Source of the DNA: Candidatus Rokuibacteriota bacterium
GTDB lineage: Bacteria > Methylomirabilota > Methylomirabilia > Rokubacteriales > DASRDR01
Assembly: GCA_044866005.1 (NCBI GenBank)
Contig: JBIOTN010000129.1
Coordinates: forward strand, 1-42,532
Length of the DNA stretch: 42,532 nucleotides
Reading direction: 5' to 3'
Positions 37,630 through 42,532 of the stretch are shown piece after piece. The translations under genes and the position numbers were made by a program. The notes beneath the pieces were generated by a model. It was not told the DNA's origin. It saw nothing but the letters and a program-made list of their open reading frames with translations, and made no database searches. The stretch's first letter is position 1; every line of letters begins with the position of its first letter.

Positions 37630-38601
37630 TCATCCCTTGAGCGCCTGCTCGAAGAGGTCCCGCCGCAGGGTGCGATCCCAGTCGGGCACGGTCTTGATCC
37701 GCCCGCCCTTGAGGAGCGACTCGGCCTCGGCCATCGCGTAGGCGCGGAAGTCCGGGCCCATCTCCACCTTGACGTCGAACCGGCCGAGGGCCTTCCGCAC
37801 GACCGACGGCGTCACCGTGTACCCCCGCTCCTTGAGCACCTCCGTCATGATGTCGGTCGCCCGCTGCGGGTCCTCCTGGAAGATCCGCGCCGTGGCGATC
37901 CAGACGCGGAGGAACTGGACCGCGGCCTCCCGGCGCTTGTCGGCGACCCCGGGCCCCGCCGCCAGGACGACCGGCATGGGGTCGTAGCTCTCGAAGCTCA
38001 CGATCGAGCGGGCGAGCCCCTGCTCCTCGGCGACCGAGATGAAGGGCTCGGTGCTGACGCTCGCCTCCACCTGCTTGGCGACCAGCGCCCCCACCTTGTC
38101 GGGCTCGAGCGTGTTCACCGCCTCGTAGCTGCCGGCGGTGAGCCCGAACTTCGGCGCGACCCGCGACTGGAAGACGGCGTCGGTGCTGCTGCCGATGCCG
38201 GTGGCGATCCGCTTGCCGCGGAGCTCGGCGACGCTCCGGACCGGGGAGTCCGGCCGGACCAGCACGTGGACGGTCTTGCCCGCGTTGCCGGCAAGCGCGA
38301 CCGCCACGAGGTCGCCCTTCTCCGCGCCCAGCAGGAAGGTCGGGACGGCGAACGTCCCGAAGTCGATCCGTCCCGCGACCATCGCGTCCCGGGTCTGGCG
38401 GCCGACCGGCGCCTGGATCCCCTCGACCGGCAGGCCGGCCTTGTCGAACAGGCCGGACTTCAGGGCGACCACCGACAGGCTTCCCCAGATGTTCACCTGG
38501 TACCCGAGCCGCACGGGCTCGGCCGCGCGCGTCGCCCGACGCGGGAGGAAGAGTGAGACGGCCACACCACTCACGCCCGCCACGAACGTCCGTCGATCCA
38601 T
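37630..38601 (-). CDS. ABC substrate-binding protein (SsuA/TauA-like), Tat-like signal
   Basis: MDRRTFV, ELRGKRIATGIGSS and STEPF motifs; GAGGAGG RBS. Confidence 0.88.
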   Translation of the reverse strand: MDRRTFVAGVSGVAVSLFLPRRATRAAEPVRLGYQVNIWGSLSVVALKSGLFDKAGLPVEGIQAPVGRQTRDAMVAGRIDFGTFAVPTFLLGAEKGDLVAVALAGNAGKTVHVLVRPDSPVRSVAELRGKRIATGIGSSTDAVFQSRVAPKFGLTAGSYEAVNTLEPDKVGALVAKQVEASVSTEPFISVAEEQGLARSIVSFESYDPMPVVLAAGPGVADKRREAAVQFLRVWIATARIFQEDPQRATDIMTEVLKERGYTVTPSVVRKALGRFDVKVEMGPDFRAYAMAEAESLLKGGRIKTVPDWDRTLRRDLFEQALKG

Positions 38602-38793
38602 CGCGTCCTCCTCGTTCCCGCCGACGGTCATCCTCGTCCCGGCACGACGGTCGCGAGACCCGCGGGGGTCTCCAGGGCTTCCCGGGGGATGCTGCGACGA
38701 TATACCGAGAGAGCACGGGGCGTCGACCCCCCGCCGGCCGCGGGGCAATCGGCCCGGGACGGGCCTGCCACGGGAGGGCACCGGGGAGGTCGC

Positions 38794-38821
38794 GGCATCG
38801 GGGGTCTTCCGAGACCCCCCG
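38794..38821 (+). repeat. REP-like palindrome, copy 4
   Basis: GGCATC-G5-TCTTCCGAGA-C6-G, just past the stop of the 38829-39083 gene. Confidence 0.7.
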
Positions 38822-38828
38822 AAGAACG

Positions 38829-39083
38829 CTAGTTGCGGTGGGTCCGGTGGAGCAGGTCGCACCAGCGGCGATTCCCGTCGCCGCCGGCTTCGCTGCTCTC
38901 CGAGAGGTAGGCGTCCGAGGTCACGGCCGCGTCGTCGAGCCCGTCTCGCGTCGGCGCGTGGGGCTCGCACCAGCGGAGGTCGAGGATCTCCCGGCTCGGG
39001 TCCGCGTTCGGCTCACACCCCGGACACCAGGGGCGAGCCACGGGAGCCGGCTCCACGTCCGTGGTCCGTCGGCGTCTCGCCAC
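38829..39083 (-). CDS. Small Cys/His-containing hypothetical protein (84 aa), probably leaderless
   Basis: WCPGCEP...WCEPH...WCDLLH; extended -10 TGCTACAGT 7 nt before the GTG; fills an otherwise empty gap. Confidence 0.6.
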   Translation of the reverse strand: MARRRRTTDVEPAPVARPWCPGCEPNADPSREILDLRWCEPHAPTRDGLDDAAVTSDAYLSESSEAGGDGNRRWCDLLHRTHRN

Positions 39084-39167
39084 CGACGCGACTGTAGCAG
39101 ACGCGCTCCCGAATCCGAAAATTTCGCGGAAGGCCCGACTCGACCGGGCGGGCCCCGGCGGTCGGGC

Positions 39168-39860
39168 TCAGAGCCCGAGATAGCGGGCCTTGATCTCCTC
39201 GTTCTGCCAGAGCGCGTCGGGCGCGCAGGAGTGGACGATCCGGCCGCGCGAGAGGACGTGGACGCGGTCGGTGACCCGGAGGGCGAGGGGGATGTTCTGC
39301 TCGACCAGGAGGATCGACAGGCCCCGCGCCTTCAGGTCGGCGATCACGCGCCCCACCTCGCGCACGAGGAGCGGCGCCAGCCCCTCGGTCGGCTCGTCCA
39401 TGAGCAGCAATTCGGGGTTCGTCATGAGCGCCCGCGCGATCGCCAGCATCTGCTGCTCGCCGCCGGAGAGCTTGCCCGCGCGGTGCTCGGCCCGCTCCCG
39501 GAGGCGCGGGAAGAGGTCCATCACCGCGTCCATCGTCCACGGCCCGCCGTTCCCCGACGCGGCCACCGCGAGGTTCTCGGTCACGGTGAGCGAGGGGAAG
39601 ACGCGGCGGCCCTGGGGGACCAGCCCCATGCCGAGGGCGACCGCACGGTAGGAGGGCCAGCCGGTGATGTCGCGCCCCTTGAAGACGACCTGGCCGACCC
39701 GCGGGGGCGCGAAGCCGATGATGGAGCGGATCAGCGTCGTCTTCCCCATGCCGTTGCGCCCCAGGATGCCGACGACCTGGCTCGGCGCCACCTGGAGCGA
39801 GACGCCCTGGAGGACGTAGCTGTCCCCGTAGTAGGTGTGGATGTCGCGGACCTCGAGCAG
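39168..39860 (-). CDS. livF: Branched-chain amino acid ABC ATPase (LivF-like), orphan, start codon uncertain
   Basis: LEVRDIHTYYG, GRNGMGKTT, LSGGEQQMLAIARAL, DEPTEGLAP and LVEQN motifs; AAGGAGG lies 6 nt before CTG 39860. Confidence 0.85.
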   Translation of the reverse strand: MLEVRDIHTYYGDSYVLQGVSLQVAPSQVVGILGRNGMGKTTLIRSIIGFAPPRVGQVVFKGRDITGWPSYRAVALGMGLVPQGRRVFPSLTVTENLAVAASGNGGPWTMDAVMDLFPRLRERAEHRAGKLSGGEQQMLAIARALMTNPELLLMDEPTEGLAPLLVREVGRVIADLKARGLSILLVEQNIPLALRVTDRVHVLSRGRIVHSCAPDALWQNEEIKARYLGL

Positions 39861-39941
39861 CTCCGCCCTCCTTCGGCCGGGCCCCGGTCGGCGCGGGTGG
39901 CCGCTGGTCGGACGCCCCCGCGCCGAGCCCGGGATGCCGGA

Positions 39942-39970
39942 AGCATAGGACACCGTCCGCCCGGCCGCAA
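39942..39970 (-). promoter_or_regulatory. Sigma70-type promoter upstream of livF
   Basis: TTGCGG-N17-TATGCT on the minus strand. Confidence 0.5.
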
Positions 39971-40007
39971 CGCGCGCCTGCCGGCGGGCGGGACGGCCGC
40001 CCCAGCC

Positions 40008-40400
40008 TCACACGACGGCGATCGCCTCGACCTCGATCAGGTAGTCGGCGTGGGCGAGGGCGCTGACCTCCACCATCGTGGAGGCCGGCCCCTTGGGGCC
40101 GAAGAACTCCTCGCGGACCGCGCGAAACTCCGGCCGGTAGCGCACGTCCGTGACGTAGGTCGTGAGCTTGACGACGCTCGCCAGCGTGCCCCCGCCCGCC
40201 TCGACCAGCGCCTTGACGGCGCCGAAGACCTGGCGGGCCTGCGCCGTGAAGTCGCCGCGATGGGCCGGGCCGCCCTCCGTGTCGTAGGCCACCTGGCCCG
40301 CGAGGAACAGGAGAGTCCGGGCGCCCGTCACCTTGACGCCCTGGCTGTAACCGGACGGGTCGTAGACGGACGGTGGGCAGAATTTCTCGATCGTCGCCAT
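40008..40400 (-). CDS. RidA/YjgF/UK114 family protein
   Basis: YSQGV, LAGQVA, VVKLTTYVTD, PASTMVEVSAL and IEVEAIA motifs. Confidence 0.92.
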   Translation of the reverse strand: MATIEKFCPPSVYDPSGYSQGVKVTGARTLLFLAGQVAYDTEGGPAHRGDFTAQARQVFGAVKALVEAGGGTLASVVKLTTYVTDVRYRPEFRAVREEFFGPKGPASTMVEVSALAHADYLIEVEAIAVV

Positions 40401-40498
40401 GTCGTCCCCCCCCGGGCCGATCGCCTCGGGGGCAGACGTCGGCCGACTGGATCCGGGCGGCCGGCTCGGGCCGGTGATCGGCCAGGCCCGGCCTGCCG

Positions 40499-40927
40499 CT
40501 ACGAGCGCGTCCCCGGCAGCGCGAGCACCCGGGTCTTCACCGCGGTCGCCCCGGCGACCGTACGGTAGAGGGGTCAGCGGTTCCGGTAGGTGTCGACGAG
40601 CGCCTCGGCCTCGGGCTGGGTCACGCCGGCGATCTCGAAGGTCATGGTGACGCTGGAAAACCGCGAAGGGTCGGCGGCCGCGCGGACGCCCTCGATCGTG
40701 ACGTCCATCCGCTGGACCGGGATGCCCTTCTCCCGGGCGTACCCCTCGATCAGCGTGACGCCGCAGGACGAGACGCCGGCCAGGAAGGCCTCGCTGTTCG
40801 TGAGCGCGTCCGGCTGCGGGCGCGAGGACGAGTCCAGCACGAGGCGCTGGCCCCGGGCCACGCTCTCGGCCCGTCCGACCACGCCGCCACTGGACGACCG
40901 AACGGTGTCGATCATGTCGGTACTCAT
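40499..40927 (-). CDS. Putative selenocysteine-containing OsmC/Ohr-like protein, Sec at codon 118
   Basis: EAFLAGVSSC(55) first conserved Cys; the ORF track stops at TGA 40574-40576 in ALVDTYRNR-U-PLYRTV, which corresponds to the OsmC C-P-[VI] second Cys. Read-through adds 24 aa to TAG 40499. GGGAGG RBS; TTGACG-N17-GATGAT upstream. Confidence 0.85.
40539..40566 (-). promoter_or_regulatory. Putative bacterial SECIS element (OsmC-like gene)
   Basis: mRNA ACCG-UA-CGGUCGC-[CGGG]-GCGACCG-CGGU; first loop G lies 22 nt after the UGA. Confidence 0.7.
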
Positions 40928-41020
40928 GGTTCCTCCCGCCTCGTCGTGATGGCTGTCAGACCGATCATCGGGTGGCGGACGGCCCGCGTCAAGGACCCTG
41001 GCCGGCCCGGGGCGACCTCA

Positions 41021-41130
41021 GCCGCCGTATTCCATGATCCAGAGGCCGGCATTCCGGTGGCCCGGGATCGCATCGTCGACGTATCGAGACGGCATCAACC
41101 GCCGCCGTATTCCATGATCCAGAGGCCGGC
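41021..41130. repeat. 30-bp exact direct repeat of the LVIVD gene 3' end
   Basis: GCCGCCGTATTCCATGATCCAGAGGCCGGC at both 41021-41050 and 41101-41130. Confidence 0.95.
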
Positions 41131-42360
41131 GTTGTAATCCGTGCAGTAGACGAGGCCGTTCGCGTCGACGAAGACGTCGGCCGACTGGATCACGCGCGGC
41201 CGGCTGGGCCGGTGGTCGACGAGGCGCGCCGGCGCCGGCGGCACGAGCGCGGCGACCTCGACCGGACGGTAGGCATCGCGGATGTCGAAGACCCGCACCC
41301 CGGCATTCTGATAGGTGGCGAAGATCAGCTCGGAGCTGACCAGGCTGCCGGGCCGGTTCTCGTGGATGTTGTGCGGCCCGAAGTGGCCGCCGCGGGCGAC
41401 GTAGTCGGCCTCGGCGGGCGTCGGCAGGGTGGCGATGCTGACCGGGTTGGTCGGCTCGCGGATGTCGAAGACCCAGATGAGCTTGAGCCCGTCGGCCTGA
41501 TGGTCGAGGACCGCCTCGTCGGCGACGATCAGGAGGTTCCGGTCCGGCAAGGGCAGGCAGTTGTGGGTGCCACCGCCGAAGGGCGGGCACCAGTTCCGGT
41601 GGACGACGAGCCGGGGGGCGCTCCGGTCCGTGACGTCCATCACGACCAGACCGGCATCGCGCCAGGCGCCATACGCGGTGTCGCCGTGGACGATGGCGTG
41701 GTGGAGGCCGTACCGGCGCTGGGCCGGCCAGGTCGGCGCCTCGCCGGCCGCCAGGTGCATGCCCGGAAGCCAGAACCGGCCGGCTTCCCGCGGGCGCGCC
41801 GGGTCGGCCATGTCGATGGTGATGAAGATGTAGTCGCTGAACCCGTCGAGCAGGGCGGAGGCGTAGGCCCATCGGCCCCCGACGTACCAGAGCCGGTGGA
41901 TGCCCCCGCCCTCCACCGGCATGAAGCCGATCCGTCGCGGCGCTCCGGGCGTGGCCACGTCGAACACGGCGAGGCCGGCGGTCCAGTCGCGTGGACGGCC
42001 CGTCGGGCCGGCGGCCGTGCCCACCGTCGCGCCGATCGAGCCCGAGTAGTAGGCGCGCTCGTCCGCGAAGGCCGCCTCGGCGAACATGTCCTTGGCATTG
42101 ATGACCAGCAAGAGGTCCTCGTGCGTCTGCAGGTGGATGTTCCACGTTCCGGGCGGCGCGGCCACGTGCTCGACGAACCGAGGCTTCCTCGGATCGCGGA
42201 CGTCGACGACGCTGAAGCCCTTCGAGAAGATGTGGCCGATGTAGGCGAAGCCGCGATGCACCATGACCTGCACGCCGTCCGGGCGGCCGCCCTGGTCACT
42301 CACGCCGATCAGGCGCATGTTCCGCGCGTACTCCGGCGCCGGCAGATCGACAGTCGCCAT
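41095..42360 (-). CDS. LVIVD-repeat (beta-propeller) protein
   Basis: NMRLIG, GFSVVDVRDP, GLAVFDV, GLVVMDV, HFGPHN, GVRVFDIRD and AGLWIMEY motifs. Confidence 0.88.
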   Translation of the reverse strand: MATVDLPAPEYARNMRLIGVSDQGGRPDGVQVMVHRGFAYIGHIFSKGFSVVDVRDPRKPRFVEHVAAPPGTWNIHLQTHEDLLLVINAKDMFAEAAFADERAYYSGSIGATVGTAAGPTGRPRDWTAGLAVFDVATPGAPRRIGFMPVEGGGIHRLWYVGGRWAYASALLDGFSDYIFITIDMADPARPREAGRFWLPGMHLAAGEAPTWPAQRRYGLHHAIVHGDTAYGAWRDAGLVVMDVTDRSAPRLVVHRNWCPPFGGGTHNCLPLPDRNLLIVADEAVLDHQADGLKLIWVFDIREPTNPVSIATLPTPAEADYVARGGHFGPHNIHENRPGSLVSSELIFATYQNAGVRVFDIRDAYRPVEVAALVPPAPARLVDHRPSRPRVIQSADVFVDANGLVYCTDYNAGLWIMEYGGG

Positions 42361-42532
42361 TCAGGACCTCGGGCCTTGTGGACACATCCTCCCGTGAACG
42401 AGCCTCGCCCTCAATAGCTTGGGCCGCGCAGTACCGCTCGAACGCCCGCCTGCGTCCGCCGCGGGTCCTGTCGCCGGCTTGCCCCGGTCCGGCCGGGCTC
42501 CGTCACCCGTTCGCGCCCTCCCGCGGTTCTGA

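Noticed and set aside
41021..41130. The 30-bp direct repeat with a 50-bp spacer, considered as a mini-CRISPR or DGR template/variable pair
   Set aside because: There are only two copies, the repeat is coding sequence, there are no cas or reverse transcriptase genes, and no adenine-specific mismatch pattern.
1..42532. tRNA, rRNA, integrase, transposase or sel genes
   Set aside because: None recognised in the window, so the Sec machinery cannot be confirmed from this sequence.

Overview
Very GC-rich bacterial chromosomal segment. The many solute-binding proteins and small catabolic enzymes are reminiscent of Candidatus Rokubacteria/Methylomirabilota; this taxonomy is inference only. It holds about 40 genes: orphan ABC and TAXI binding proteins, a TctCAB tripartite transporter, an SsuABC/TauABC-like ABC operon, an RND efflux pump with MarR, a lower-GC RHH/PIN toxin-antitoxin cassette, TetR plus a di-iron MBL protein, and assorted hydrolases and oxidoreductases. 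The main result is two hidden putative selenoproteins that the ORF track splits at in-frame UGA codons: an AhpE/BCP-like peroxiredoxin (8152-8742, +) and an OsmC/Ohr-like protein (40499-40927, -). In both, UGA sits at a catalytic Cys position and is followed by a SECIS-like hairpin with matching geometry (first loop G at +22). Other observations are three apparent deletion scars (a dehydrogenase::TPP-enzyme chimera, an orphan livF with only a CTG start, and a duplicated LVIVD 3' end), mini-ORF translational relays in an ABC operon, three apparently leaderless genes, a four-copy REP-like palindrome family, and a stand-alone MshEN c-di-GMP-binding-type protein.
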